64,000 bases of DNA, taken from Candidatus Sericytochromatia bacterium. Its GTDB lineage: Bacteria > Cyanobacteriota > Sericytochromatia > S15B-MN24 > VGJW01. The stretch covers positions 5,365 to 69,364 of the forward strand of contig JAYKIS010000037.1 in the NCBI GenBank assembly GCA_035286125.1, given 5' to 3'. A program made the translations under genes and the position numbers. Each line of letters starts with the position of its first letter. The first letter of the stretch is position 1. The notes beneath the pieces are model-generated. The model made no database searches. It saw nothing but the letters and a program-made list of their open reading frames with translations, and was not told where the DNA came from. Positions 1 through 8,941 of the stretch are shown here, one piece after another.

Positions 1-587
1 GCGAGGTCGTGTTCCGGCTGTTCAGGCACTTGGGCGTCCCGCTTGATCGCGAGGCGGCCGATGCTCTCTATGCGGCGATCTCGACGGATACCGGGTCGTT
101 CCGGTACGAGGGTACGCGCCCGCATACACATCTGATGGCAGCGAGGCTCATCGAGGCCGGCGTCTCTGTCAGCCCGCTCAATCAGGCGCTTTACGAGGAG
201 ACCCCGGCCCGGGCGCTGCGTATCCAGGCTGCTGCACTGGGTCGCATGCGCGTTGCCCTTGGTGGGCGGGTGGCGCTTGCCTCGGTTTCCCGTGCCATGC
301 TTGCCGAGGCCGGTGCCGATGATGAGGACTGTGAAGGCATCGTCGAGCAGTTGCGGTCCATCCAGGGGGTCGACACGTCCGTTTTCATGCGCGAACTGGC
401 TTCCGGCGGCTGGAAGGTGTCCTTCCGGTCGAAGGGCCTGGTGGACGTCAATCGGGTGGCGCGGATCTGGGATGGTGGCGGGCACGTCCGGGCCTCGGGA
501 TGCACGGTGTCCGACGGGCCTGGCGTGTTTGAGGAGCGCTTCCTCGAGCAGATTGGCCTGCAACTGGACGGCGTACCGGTCGCGTGA
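1..587 (+). CDS. nrnA: DHH/DHHA1 phosphoesterase, NrnA-like (5' end lies outside the window)
   Basis: The ORF runs in frame from the window edge. It has the DHHA1-type GGGH motif (WDGGGHVRASG) and the 'AISTDTGSFRY' motif typical of NrnA-like proteins. Its stop overlaps the truB start (GTGA). Confidence 0.8.
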   Translation, partial: EVVFRLFRHLGVPLDREAADALYAAISTDTGSFRYEGTRPHTHLMAARLIEAGVSVSPLNQALYEETPARALRIQAAALGRMRVALGGRVALASVSRAMLAEAGADDEDCEGIVEQLRSIQGVDTSVFMRELASGGWKVSFRSKGLVDVNRVARIWDGGGHVRASGCTVSDGPGVFEERFLEQIGLQLDGVPVA

Positions 588-1444
588 CGCCGTCCGGTTT
601 GGCGGTCCTGCTCAAGCCGGCCGGCATGACCTCCTTCGAGGTCGTCTCCTGGGCCAGGAGGCGGTTCGCCGAGCGTCGCGTGGGCCATGCGGGGACACTG
701 GATCCCGCCGCCGCGGGGGTCATGGTCGTGGCTGTCGGGACTGCAACCCGTTGGTTGTCCTTCCTGGACGGAACCAAGGGCTATGTCGGGGAAGTGGCCT
801 TCGGGCGCGCGACATCGACGGGGGATGCCACGGGGACCACCTTGCTGCAGCAAGCGACTGCCGTCACGGAGGAGGTCCTGCGGTCCTTGCTGCCTGCTTT
901 CACGGGCACGATCCGGCAGCGACCGCCGGCTGTCTCGGCCGTGCGGATCGAGGGTCGGCGTGCGCACGAGCGCGTCAGGTCCGGTGAGGTCGTGGTGGTC
1001 CCTGAGCGCGAGGTCCGTATCGAGCAACTCGAGTTGCTCGCCTTCGATGAGGCCCGGCAGGTGGCGAGGCTGGCCGTGACGTGCTCGGCAGGGACCTACA
1101 TCAGGTCGTTGGCCGAAGACCTGGGCAGGGCACTCGAGGTCCCTGCGCATCTCTCGTTCCTCGTGCGGACACGGGCCGGAGCGTGGACCCTCGCGGACGC
1201 GGAAGCCTTGGACGAAGAAGGCCCGTCTCCGGTCCTGTGGCCTGTCGACACGGCGATGGCGCATTGGCCCCGGGTCGATCTGGACGCGCCCGACGAAATC
1301 ATGGCGTTCCGACAGGGCAAGGCCCAGGCCTCGACCGGCGGACCTGAGGGCAAACTTGCCGTCTGGCACCTGGGCCGCTTTGCAGGCCTGGCTCGTATGG
1401 ACGCCGGATTGCTCAGGCCCGAGCGGGTCGTGCCCCAGGCGTGA
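584..1444 (+). CDS. truB: tRNA pseudouridine(55) synthase TruB
   Basis: Has the catalytic-Asp motif HAGTLDPAAAGV near the N-terminus and the length is typical. The GTG start overlaps the upstream stop. Confidence 0.9.
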   Translation: MTPSGLAVLLKPAGMTSFEVVSWARRRFAERRVGHAGTLDPAAAGVMVVAVGTATRWLSFLDGTKGYVGEVAFGRATSTGDATGTTLLQQATAVTEEVLRSLLPAFTGTIRQRPPAVSAVRIEGRRAHERVRSGEVVVVPEREVRIEQLELLAFDEARQVARLAVTCSAGTYIRSLAEDLGRALEVPAHLSFLVRTRAGAWTLADAEALDEEGPSPVLWPVDTAMAHWPRVDLDAPDEIMAFRQGKAQASTGGPEGKLAVWHLGRFAGLARMDAGLLRPERVVPQA

Positions 1445-2570
1445 ACGAATCCTCAGGTCGGTCGGCGCGTGTGCCCACGAACCAGCGGATAATCTCCACG
1501 ATGCGCTCCACGGCGCGGCCGTCCCCGTAGGGGTTTACGGCCCGCGCCATCGTCGCATAGGCCTCCGGGTCATCGAGCAAGCGGAGTGTCTCGGTGATGA
1601 TGGTGTCCCGATCCGTGCCCACCATGCGTACCGTGCCTGCCGTGACGGCCTCCGGGCGTTCCGTCGTGCTGCGCAGGACCAGCACCGGCTTGCCCAGCGA
1701 CGGAGCCTCTTCCTGCACGCCGCCGGAGTCCGTCAGGATAAGCGTGGCATCCCGCATGGCCTCGATGAACGGCAGGTAGTCGAGGGGCGGCAGGATGCGC
1801 ACTCTGGGGTGGTCACCCAGGTGGCGACGGCCCACTTCCTGCACCAGGGGGTTCAGGTGCAAGGGTACCACCGCCTGGACGTCAGGCCGTGCCTCGAGAA
1901 TGGCACGGACCGCAGCGAAGATCCCTTCCATCGGGGCACCCCAGTTCTCGCGCCTATGGGCCGTGACGAGCAGTGTCCGCCTCTCGCCGGCCTGCTGATC
2001 GGGCAGGTTGCCGGCAACCTGGAGCAGGGCGTCGATGACGGTGTTGCCCGTCAGGTGAATGGCTTCGTCCGCGATGCCGTCCTTGCGGCAGGCAGCCGCA
2101 GCCGTCTCGGTCGGGGCAAAGTGCAGCGTGGCCATCTGGGAGATGAGCCGCCGGTTCATTTCTTCGGGGAAGGGGTTGTAGCGCTCGGTCGTTCGCAAGC
2201 CGGCTTCGACATGGCCAACTGGGATTTGCTTGTAGAAGGCTCCCAGTGCGGCGGCAAAAGCTGTGGTGGTGTCACCCTGCACCAGCACCAGGTCGGGACG
2301 ATGGTGCTCGAGGACCGGCTCCAACTGGGCCAGGACTCTGGCCGTCAGGCTTTCGAGCGTCTGTCCGGCCTGCATCAGGTCCAGGTCGACCTCCGGAACA
2401 ATGTCGAAGAGATCCAGCACTTGGTCCAGCATCTGCCGATGCTGGGCCGTCACCGCCACGCGGGCATCCAGGTCGGGTCGGGCGGCCAGGGCCTTGACGA
2501 GGGGTGCCATCTTGACGGCCTCGGGGCGGGTGCCGAAGATGCTGAGAATGACGGGGCGACGTTGGTTCAA
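1413..2570 (-). CDS. wecB: UDP-N-acetylglucosamine 2-epimerase (non-hydrolysing)
   Basis: Contains FGTRPEAVKMAPL and GHVEAGLRT...NPFPEE motifs. I place the start at TTG 2570, which overlaps the upstream gene's TGA (TTGA coupling). That gives the canonical N-terminus MNQRRPVILSIFGTRPE. The track ORF extends to 2648. Confidence 0.9.
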   Translation of the reverse strand: MNQRRPVILSIFGTRPEAVKMAPLVKALAARPDLDARVAVTAQHRQMLDQVLDLFDIVPEVDLDLMQAGQTLESLTARVLAQLEPVLEHHRPDLVLVQGDTTTAFAAALGAFYKQIPVGHVEAGLRTTERYNPFPEEMNRRLISQMATLHFAPTETAAAACRKDGIADEAIHLTGNTVIDALLQVAGNLPDQQAGERRTLLVTAHRRENWGAPMEGIFAAVRAILEARPDVQAVVPLHLNPLVQEVGRRHLGDHPRVRILPPLDYLPFIEAMRDATLILTDSGGVQEEAPSLGKPVLVLRSTTERPEAVTAGTVRMVGTDRDTIITETLRLLDDPEAYATMARAVNPYGDGRAVERIVEIIRWFVGTRADRPEDSFTPGARPARA

Positions 2571-3712
2571 GGGGTCGTACCTGGCTGGGGCTGGGTGGAT
2601 GGGGTCGGAGGGTCGATGGCTGCGGCTCGCGATCGCTTGAGTCGCCACCCGCCCCAGCCCAGTGCTGCGGTGCTGGCCAGAAGCATGGGCCAGGTGCCCG
2701 GGTTGCCGAGCAGACCTAGGGCGATGCCGGCGAGCGCCAGGCTGAGGCCGTAGATGAAGATGACGGTGGTGCGGTGGGACAACCCGGCGCCCAGCAGGCG
2801 ATGGTGGAGATGGCCCCGATCTGGCGCGAACACGGGCTGCCGGTTCCAGAGACGTCGCAGGATGGCGAAGGTGGTGTCCACTATGGGCACGCCCACGATG
2901 AGCAGCGGCAGCGCCAGCGCGGCGGCCGTCACCAGCTTGAAGACGCCCATGACCGAGATGCCTGCCAGCATGAACCCGAGGAACAGGCTGCCGCCGTCGC
3001 CCATGAAAATCTTGGCCGGGTTGAAGTTGTAGCGAAGGAAGCCGATGGTGCCGCCCAGTAGGGCCAAGGCCAAGGTCGCGGGCAGGATCTGCCCGGTCTG
3101 GATCGCAATCGTGACGAGGGCCAGGGCTCCGATGAGCGTGATGCCCGCAGCAAGGCCGTCCAGGCCATCGACTAGGTTGATGGTGTTCGAGATGCCGACC
3201 AGCCAGAATGCGGTGATACCGAGACTGACGAGGGGTAGATCGGCTACTGTAGGAAACGCCAGCAGGCCGCCGTCCACCCAGGACAGGAATTCGATGCGCA
3301 GGCCCAGCTTGAAGGCCAGGACCGCCGCGGCCAGTTGGCCGGCGAGCTTGACCCGTGCCGACAGGGGGTGGAGATCATCCACGATGCCCAGCAGGAAGAC
3401 CAGTCCCGCACCCGCGGCCAGGCCGAGGAGGGGGCCGCCGACCAGCAGGTGCCGCCCAGGCACCAGGTTCTCGACCAGCAGAAGGCTGGCGACCACGCCC
3501 AGGAAGATGGCGATACCACCGAGGCGGGGAATCGGCACGGTGTGGACTTTCCGGGCATCGACGGGATCGACGCGACCGAACTTGTAGGCGAAGCGGGTCA
3601 CCCACGGAATCGCCAAGTCGGTTGCCAGCCACGCTGCAAGCAGGGTGACGGTCAGGAGGAGCGCCCCGTAGGGCCCGAAGGCTCCCGGATCGCCGGGGGG
3701 CAAGGGCGGCAT
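2567..3712 (-). CDS. Undecaprenyl-phosphate GlcNAc-1-phosphate transferase (WecA/TagO, MraY-like family)
   Basis: Polytopic membrane protein with the NLVDGLDGLAAG motif. The start is taken at ATG 3712, just after the glyA stop. The track ORF start at 3775 would overlap glyA. Confidence 0.85.
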   Translation of the reverse strand: MPPLPPGDPGAFGPYGALLLTVTLLAAWLATDLAIPWVTRFAYKFGRVDPVDARKVHTVPIPRLGGIAIFLGVVASLLLVENLVPGRHLLVGGPLLGLAAGAGLVFLLGIVDDLHPLSARVKLAGQLAAAVLAFKLGLRIEFLSWVDGGLLAFPTVADLPLVSLGITAFWLVGISNTINLVDGLDGLAAGITLIGALALVTIAIQTGQILPATLALALLGGTIGFLRYNFNPAKIFMGDGGSLFLGFMLAGISVMGVFKLVTAAALALPLLIVGVPIVDTTFAILRRLWNRQPVFAPDRGHLHHRLLGAGLSHRTTVIFIYGLSLALAGIALGLLGNPGTWPMLLASTAALGWGGWRLKRSRAAAIDPPTPSTQPQPGTTP

Positions 3713-3717
3713 GAGGC

Positions 3718-4992
3718 TCAGATCGCGGCTCCGGCGGGCGCGAATACGCCGGGATAGAGGGGATGGGCACGACACAGGCCCAGGACGCGGTCCCGGCAGG
3801 ACGCGATGACACCTTCGTCTTCCGGATGGTGCAAGGCATCGGCGATGGCCTCGCCGAGCAGGGTCACGGCGCTGGGGCCCAGGCCCCGAGTCGTGATGGC
3901 CGGCGTGCCCAGGCGCAGGCCGCTCGTCACGAAGGGACTCTGCGGGTCATCGGGGATCGTGTTCTTGTTGGCCGTGACCTCGATGCGCGCCAGAACGGCC
4001 TGGGCTTCCTTCCCCGTCAGCCCGACGGACCGCGTGTCCACCAGCACGAGGTGGTTGTCCGTTCCGCCCGTGACGAGGGTGATCTGCCGTTCCAGCAGGG
4101 TGTCGGCCAGAACCCTGGCATTGGCGACCACCTGCTCCTGATAGGCCCGGAAGCCCGGCTGGAGCGCCTCGTGGAAGGCCACGGCCTTGGCGGCGATGAC
4201 GTGCATGAGCGGACCACCTTGCAGGCCGGGGAAGACGGCCTTGTCCAGGGCCTGGGCGTGGGCGGCGCGGCTCAGGATGATGCCGCCACGGGGGCCGCGC
4301 AGCGTCTTGTGTGTGGTCGACGTGACGACGTCGGCGTGGGGTACGGGCGACGGGTGGACGCCGGCTGCGACAAGGCCTGCAATGTGGGCCATGTCGACCA
4401 TCAGGACGGCACCCGCCTCGCGGGCGATAGCGCCGAAGGCCGCGAAGTCGAGGGTGCGGGCATAGGCCGAGCCGCCGGCCAGCAGGATGCGCGGCCGCAC
4501 CGCCAGGGCGCGAGCCCTGACATGGTCCATGTCAAGCAGGCCCGTGGCTGTATCGACACCGTAGGACTCGGCCTTGAACCACTTGCCGCTGAAGTTGACG
4601 GGGCTGCCGTGCGTGAGGTGTCCCCCGTGGGACAGGTTCATGCCCAGGAAGGTATCGCCGGGCTGCATGAAGGCCATGAAGACGGCCATGTTGGCCTGCG
4701 CGCCCGAGTGCGGCTGGGTGTTGGCATGCTCGGCCCCGAAGAGTTCCCGGGCCCGCGCATTGGCGAGGTCCTCGGCGATGTCCACGATCTCGCAGCCGCC
4801 GTAGTAGCGCTTGTGGGGCAGGCCTTCCGCGTACTTGTTGGTCAGGACCGAACCCATGGCTTCCATGACGGCGGGCGAAGCGACATTCTCCGAGGCGATC
4901 AGCTCCAGACCGTCCTGTTGACGCAGGAGCTCGCGGTCGAGGACGTCGGCGATGGCGGGATCGACGCGACGCAGGTGGTCGATGGCGAACAT
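3718..4992 (-). CDS. glyA: Serine hydroxymethyltransferase
   Basis: N-terminus [12 protein letters not shown]...LIASEN, plus the PLP-lysine motif [12 protein letters not shown]. The 233 codons upstream of it in the track ORF are Arg/Pro-rich read-through and not credible. Confidence 0.95.
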   Translation of the reverse strand: MFAIDHLRRVDPAIADVLDRELLRQQDGLELIASENVASPAVMEAMGSVLTNKYAEGLPHKRYYGGCEIVDIAEDLANARARELFGAEHANTQPHSGAQANMAVFMAFMQPGDTFLGMNLSHGGHLTHGSPVNFSGKWFKAESYGVDTATGLLDMDHVRARALAVRPRILLAGGSAYARTLDFAAFGAIAREAGAVLMVDMAHIAGLVAAGVHPSPVPHADVVTSTTHKTLRGPRGGIILSRAAHAQALDKAVFPGLQGGPLMHVIAAKAVAFHEALQPGFRAYQEQVVANARVLADTLLERQITLVTGGTDNHLVLVDTRSVGLTGKEAQAVLARIEVTANKNTIPDDPQSPFVTSGLRLGTPAITTRGLGPSAVTLLGEAIADALHHPEDEGVIASCRDRVLGLCRAHPLYPGVFAPAGAAI

Positions 4993-5009
4993 GGCGGCTG
5001 GCTCCGGGG

Positions 5010-5462
5010 TCAACGACGGGGCGGGGCGGTTTCGAGCGCGGCGATCTGCTGGAGGCGGGTCTCGTGGCGGCCCCCCTCGAAGGCTTCGGCGAGGAACGCC
5101 TCGACGCAGGCACGGGCCATGTCCTCGCCGATCAGGCGCGCACCCAGGCACAGCACGTTGGCATCGTTGTGGGCGCGGGCCAGCTTGGCCGAGAGCGGCT
5201 CCTGGACCAGGGCCGCCCGAACGCCATCGACCTTGTTGGCTGCGATCGAGACGCCGATGCCCGAGCCGCAGATCAGGATGCCGCGATCGACTTCCTTGCG
5301 GGCCACGGCTCCGGCGACCTTGCCGGCGACCTCCGGGTAGTGGACCGGTTCCGGGCTGTCGCAGCCATAGTCGATGACGCCGTGCCCCATCTGGCCAACA
5401 AGGGCCTCCAGGGTCTCCTTGAGGAAGAACCCGGCGTGGTCGCTCCCGATTCCGATACGCAA
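5010..5462 (-). CDS. rpiB: Ribose-5-phosphate isomerase B
   Basis: Motifs IGSDHAGF and [17 protein letters not shown] start with an AGGAGG RBS 6 nt upstream. Confidence 0.9.
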   Translation of the reverse strand: MRIGIGSDHAGFFLKETLEALVGQMGHGVIDYGCDSPEPVHYPEVAGKVAGAVARKEVDRGILICGSGIGVSIAANKVDGVRAALVQEPLSAKLARAHNDANVLCLGARLIGEDMARACVEAFLAEAFEGGRHETRLQQIAALETAPPRR

Positions 5463-5488
5463 GGCTTCCTCCTGCCAATCGCCTCGCC

Positions 5489-5494
5489 ATTATA
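5489..5494 (-). promoter_or_regulatory. Candidate -10 box (perfect TATAAT on the minus strand) for rpiB
   Basis: TATAAT lies 26 nt upstream of the rpiB TTG, directly after the hairpin at 5502-5534. I found no convincing -35 element. Confidence 0.3.
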
Positions 5495-5501
5495 GCCCAG
5501 T

Positions 5502-5534
5502 GGGGCGCACCCGGCCTCGTGCCGCGTGCGCCCC
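5502..5534 (-). terminator. GC-rich stem-loop downstream of the lipoprotein gene
   Basis: GGGGCGCAC-C-CGGC-CTCGT-GCCG-C-GTGCGCCCC forms a nested inverted repeat 15 nt after the stop at 5549. There is no clear U-tract. Confidence 0.4.
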
Positions 5535-5548
5535 GACCCCGGGTTGCG

Positions 5549-6193
5549 TCAGGGCTTTGCGATACCCGGTGTCTGACCCAGCTTGCGGGCGACGCGGGCC
5601 ACGAAGGCCCGGACGACCTCGGTCTCGAAGGTCTCCAGGCGCTCCATTTCGACGGGCAGGGTTGCCCCGAGCGCCTTGATGCCCTTGTCATTCAGAATCT
5701 CGATGGCATCGAGCTTGGCATCGAGGAGGCTCGTCAGCTTTGCGGGCTTGTCGATCATGGCCAGGAACTCGAGATGGACGTCTTCCACCGTCCGGTCTTT
5801 CATGCCCTGCCACAGGGAGGCGCGCAGCGCCTTGACCTGGGCCTGGTCAAGCGCCAGCAGGCGCTTCCGGATTTCGTCCAGGGACTCGGCCTCGTCGGGA
5901 TGGCGCAGCGCCAGCGCATCAATGATGGCATTCAGGCGCTGGGTGCGCATGGTCGGAATGCGGGCCAGGGCCTCGATGCGGTCCTGGACGGGCAGCTCCG
6001 CGACGGTCTTGTCCTTGGCCATGATGGCGGGGACTGCCGTGACGGGTGTGCTGGTGATGGCGGGTGCTTCCGTGACGGGTGCGCTTGTCTTGGCGGGGGC
6101 TTCCGTAACGGGTGTGCTCGTGATGGCCGGGACAGACTGGCCGCAGCCGCACATGCCGACAAGCAGGGCTCCCGTCGCAAGGGACTTCCTCAT
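5549..6193 (-). CDS. Lipoprotein of unknown function with an 11-aa tandem repeat
   Basis: [18 protein letters not shown] gives a signal peptide plus lipobox. A GGAGGAGG RBS precedes ATG 6193. The rest of the protein is helical. The track ORF (to 6709) is an upstream extension overlapping rbgA. Confidence 0.8.
   Translation of the reverse strand: MRKSLATGALLVGMCGCGQSVPAITSTPVTEAPAKTSAPVTEAPAITSTPVTAVPAIMAKDKTVAELPVQDRIEALARIPTMRTQRLNAIIDALALRHPDEAESLDEIRKRLLALDQAQVKALRASLWQGMKDRTVEDVHLEFLAMIDKPAKLTSLLDAKLDAIEILNDKGIKALGATLPVEMERLETFETEVVRAFVARVARKLGQTPGIAKP
6037..6131. repeat. 33-bp in-frame tandem repeat, about 2.9 copies
   Basis: ccgtgacgggtgtgctggtgatggcgggtgctt / ccgtgacgggtgcgcttgtcttggcgggggctt / ccgtaacgggtgtgctcgtgatggccggg. 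These encode [11 protein letters not shown] / [11 protein letters not shown] / [11 protein letters not shown] in the lipoprotein linker. Confidence 0.85.
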
Positions 6194-6308
6194 GACCTCC
6201 TCCTTCTGGCCGGCAGTCGTGGTGGTCCTGCCGGATGACCCGGAGCATGGCCACGTCGCCGCCAGCCACGCGAGGCCCGGTCCGATGCCGCGAATGGACC
6301 CGAGGGCC

Positions 6309-7190
6309 TCAGGACGGGCTTCGGGGCGACTCTGGCGCGGGACGGCCTGCCGGTCGTTCGTCCCAGCCGACCGGACCATAGGCGCCCTCGCGCAGTTCGG
6401 AGAGAAAGCTGCGCCCGGCTCTCTCCAGATCCGGTCCGCCGACGTTGACCCAGCCTCGTGCCATGGCCAGGGCCGCCAGGTCTGCCGGGCTGCCCGCTGC
6501 CGCGTAGGCGGCAGGGGCCATGACGGGCAACCGATGCAAGGCTGAACGGGCAACCTCGAGCGGGTCCATCGCCTCGAGCGGAATGGCACCCACGAGGGCC
6601 AGCTTGAAGGCAACGAGGAGATCATCCAGCCTCGGGGGCACGAGGCCCGGAGTATCGAGCAACTCGAGGTCCTTGCCCAACTTGATCCAGCCCGGTGCCC
6701 GGGTGACACCGGGCTTGTCGCCTACCTGCGCCTTGCGCGCGCCGGCGAGGCGGTTGATCAGGCTGCTCTTGCCGACATTCGGCAGGCCCAGGACCATCAC
6801 CCTGAGTGGTCGGGGCAACCGCCCTCGGCGCGCCATGCGGGCATCGATGGCCCGCTTCGCGGCTTGCAGCCGCTGGCGCAGCGCCGGCAAGCCGCGGCCG
6901 TTGCGGCCATCGATTTGCAGGGCGTCGTGGTGCTGGGTCCAGGCCCGGATCAGGCCGGGGTCGGCAAGGTCCGTCTTGGTGTAGACGAGGATATGAGGCT
7001 TCTGGCCGATGAACTTGCGGGCTTCGCGGAACCGGGAGCTGTCCGGGATGCGCGCGTCGGCAACCTCGATGACGGCATCGACCAGGGCCAGGCGATCGGC
7101 CAGTGTCTTCTGGGCCTTGGCGATATGGCCCGGGTACCACTGGACCTTGGGAAGGTCCAGCGCGTCGTCGGTCGGGCGTTCGGGGTTCAT
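6309..7190 (-). CDS. rbgA: Ribosome biogenesis GTPase A (YlqF/RbgA)
   Basis: WYPGHIAKA motif and circularly permuted GTPase motifs (TKTDL ... GLPNVGKSSLINRL ... DTPG). Confidence 0.9.
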   Translation of the reverse strand: MNPERPTDDALDLPKVQWYPGHIAKAQKTLADRLALVDAVIEVADARIPDSSRFREARKFIGQKPHILVYTKTDLADPGLIRAWTQHHDALQIDGRNGRGLPALRQRLQAAKRAIDARMARRGRLPRPLRVMVLGLPNVGKSSLINRLAGARKAQVGDKPGVTRAPGWIKLGKDLELLDTPGLVPPRLDDLLVAFKLALVGAIPLEAMDPLEVARSALHRLPVMAPAAYAAAGSPADLAALAMARGWVNVGGPDLERAGRSFLSELREGAYGPVGWDERPAGRPAPESPRSPS

Positions 7191-7205
7191 GGGGCCTGCA
7201 AGACA

Positions 7206-7235
7206 ACGGGGGATGACCGGATGGCCATCCCCCGT
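7206..7235 (-). terminator. Stem-loop between rplS and rbgA (terminator or attenuator)
   Basis: ACGGGGGATG-N10-CATCCCCCGT forms a 10-bp stem. On the minus strand it is followed by TGTCTTG. Confidence 0.5.
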
Positions 7236-7249
7236 CGGATCGTGAATCG

Positions 7250-7657
7250 TCAGACGGTGGCGGGTTCGGGCTTCTTGGCGGCCGCAGGCTTGGGGTCGCG
7301 GGCCTTTTCCTTGATGCGGGCAGCCTTGCCTTGCAGGCCGCGGAGGTAGTAGATGCGCGCGCGACGGACGTCACCGCGGCGCAGCACTTCGATGCGGTCG
7401 ATGCGGGGAGAGTGGACCGGGAAGACGCGCTCGACGCCCACACCCTGGAAGATGCGACGCACGGTCACGGTCTGGCTGATGCCGACGCCCTGCACCTTGA
7501 TGACGACGCCTTCGTACGCCTGGATGCGCTCCTTGCCACCCTCGACGATGCGGGCGAAGACCTTGACGGTGTCGCCGGCGTTCATCGCGGGACGATCCGT
7601 GCGCAGGTTGCCGGCGGCCACTTCTCTCAGGATCTGATGGGCGTTGAGACGGCTCAT
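7250..7657 (-). CDS. rplS: 50S ribosomal protein L19
   Basis: Characteristic L19 sequence (GDTVKV...[15 protein letters not shown]...[19 protein letters not shown]) with a basic C-terminal tail. Confidence 0.95.
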   Translation of the reverse strand: MSRLNAHQILREVAAGNLRTDRPAMNAGDTVKVFARIVEGGKERIQAYEGVVIKVQGVGISQTVTVRRIFQGVGVERVFPVHSPRIDRIEVLRRGDVRRARIYYLRGLQGKAARIKEKARDPKPAAAKKPEPATV

Positions 7658-7782
7658 TGGACAAATACTCCGTAAAGCAGTAAATCAGGACTCCCACTGT
7701 ACCGTCAGGGCGCGTGCTTGGCAAGGCCTCCTCTCCGCCTGTCGACGCGCCCCGCGCCCGGCCCGATCTCGAGGAGCCCGTC

Positions 7783-8166
7783 ATGAGCACCCTGCAGCGC
7801 CAATTCGATCTGCCGATGGACGAGGTGCTGTCGCGCCTGCCCGAGGCGCTCAAGTCGGAAGGCTTCGGCATTCTGACGGAAATCGATGTCGCCGGTACGC
7901 TGAAGACCAAGCTCGACGTCTCGTTCCGGCCCTACCGAATCCTTGGTGCGTGCAACCCCGTCCTGGCCCACAGGGCGCTTGGCCAGGACCTGGCCATCGG
8001 TACGGTGATGCCCTGCAATGTCGTCGTCTGGCAGGAGGGCGAGGGTACGGTCGTGCGAATCGTCGACCCCGTGGCGACGGTTCAGGCAGCCTGCGGAGAT
8101 GCCCTGTGCGATCTTGCGGAGGAAGTTCGCAGCAAGCTCGACAACGTGCTGGACCGCATCGCCTGA
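7783..8166 (+). CDS. DUF302 domain protein
   Basis: About 127 aa with the DUF302-like pattern EGFGILTEIDV...LGACNP...PCNVVV. GAGGAG RBS before ATG 7783. Confidence 0.7.
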   Translation: MSTLQRQFDLPMDEVLSRLPEALKSEGFGILTEIDVAGTLKTKLDVSFRPYRILGACNPVLAHRALGQDLAIGTVMPCNVVVWQEGEGTVVRIVDPVATVQAACGDALCDLAEEVRSKLDNVLDRIA

Positions 8167-8185
8167 ACGACCCGCCGCCGCGGGG

Positions 8186-8941
8186 CTAGCGACGCAGGCA
8201 GCTGCCACAGGGCTTGAAGCCCTCGGCCTTGCCCGCCTCCGCCGAGGAGAATCCCTTGCGGGAGCCCTGGGCAATCTTTCGGGCCCAGCGGCAGCTTGCC
8301 TCGTGGAGCTTGCCCGTCCGGGTGTTCGCGACGAACGGCGTGTCGAAAGGCGTCTCGATGGCCTGGGCATACCCACCGCCCGACTGTACCGGCGCGTGCG
8401 CCACGCCGCCGCCGAGGGCGGGCTGACCTACGCTGGCCGGAGCTGCCCGGCCCCCGTGGCGGAATTCGTAGGGACTCTGCTTCAGGCCGTCCCGGCTGTT
8501 CCAGATACCCTTGCCCGCCTGCCGCGCGACGCGCTGGGCCTCGAGGAAGCGGTCGCTGTAACGCACGTTGGGCGGCGCCGTGTAGAGCATGGCCAGGCCC
8601 TCTCGGACCAGCGCCTCATTGACCAGTTCCTTGCCGACGAAGACATAACCCAGCAAGCGTCCGTACTTGTCCCGTTCCTGGACGTCCGTCTCGACGCGCA
8701 CCGTCTTGCCGGCCACCTTGCCCTGGGTGAAGGCCTTGGCCCGGGGACCCCAGGGCGCCTGGGCCTTCTCGGGACAGTCGATGCCCAGAAGCCGGATCTT
8801 CTCGACACCGTTCCGGCCGGCCACGGCGACGGTATCGCCGTCCGAAACGCGCACGACCCGACCTTCGAGGACCAGCGCACGGGCCGGCGTTGCGAGCAGC
8901 ACCGCCACCAGGATCGGCAGCAGAAGGCGGTCAATCCTCAT
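8186..8941 (-). CDS. Secreted thermonuclease (SNase-like) with a C-terminal His/Cys3 tail
   Basis: Signal peptide, then SNase motifs (DGDTV...IRLLGIDCPE...DKYGRLLGYV). The C-terminus reads KLHEASC...GFKPCGSC. Confidence 0.8.
   Translation of the reverse strand: MRIDRLLLPILVAVLLATPARALVLEGRVVRVSDGDTVAVAGRNGVEKIRLLGIDCPEKAQAPWGPRAKAFTQGKVAGKTVRVETDVQERDKYGRLLGYVFVGKELVNEALVREGLAMLYTAPPNVRYSDRFLEAQRVARQAGKGIWNSRDGLKQSPYEFRHGGRAAPASVGQPALGGGVAHAPVQSGGGYAQAIETPFDTPFVANTRTGKLHEASCRWARKIAQGSRKGFSSAEAGKAEGFKPCGSCLRR

Noticed and set aside
4993-5691. 233-codon extension upstream of glyA
   Set aside because: It overlaps rpiB on another frame and is Arg/Pro/Gly-rich nonsense. The glyA N-terminus MFAIDHL...LIASEN is canonical.
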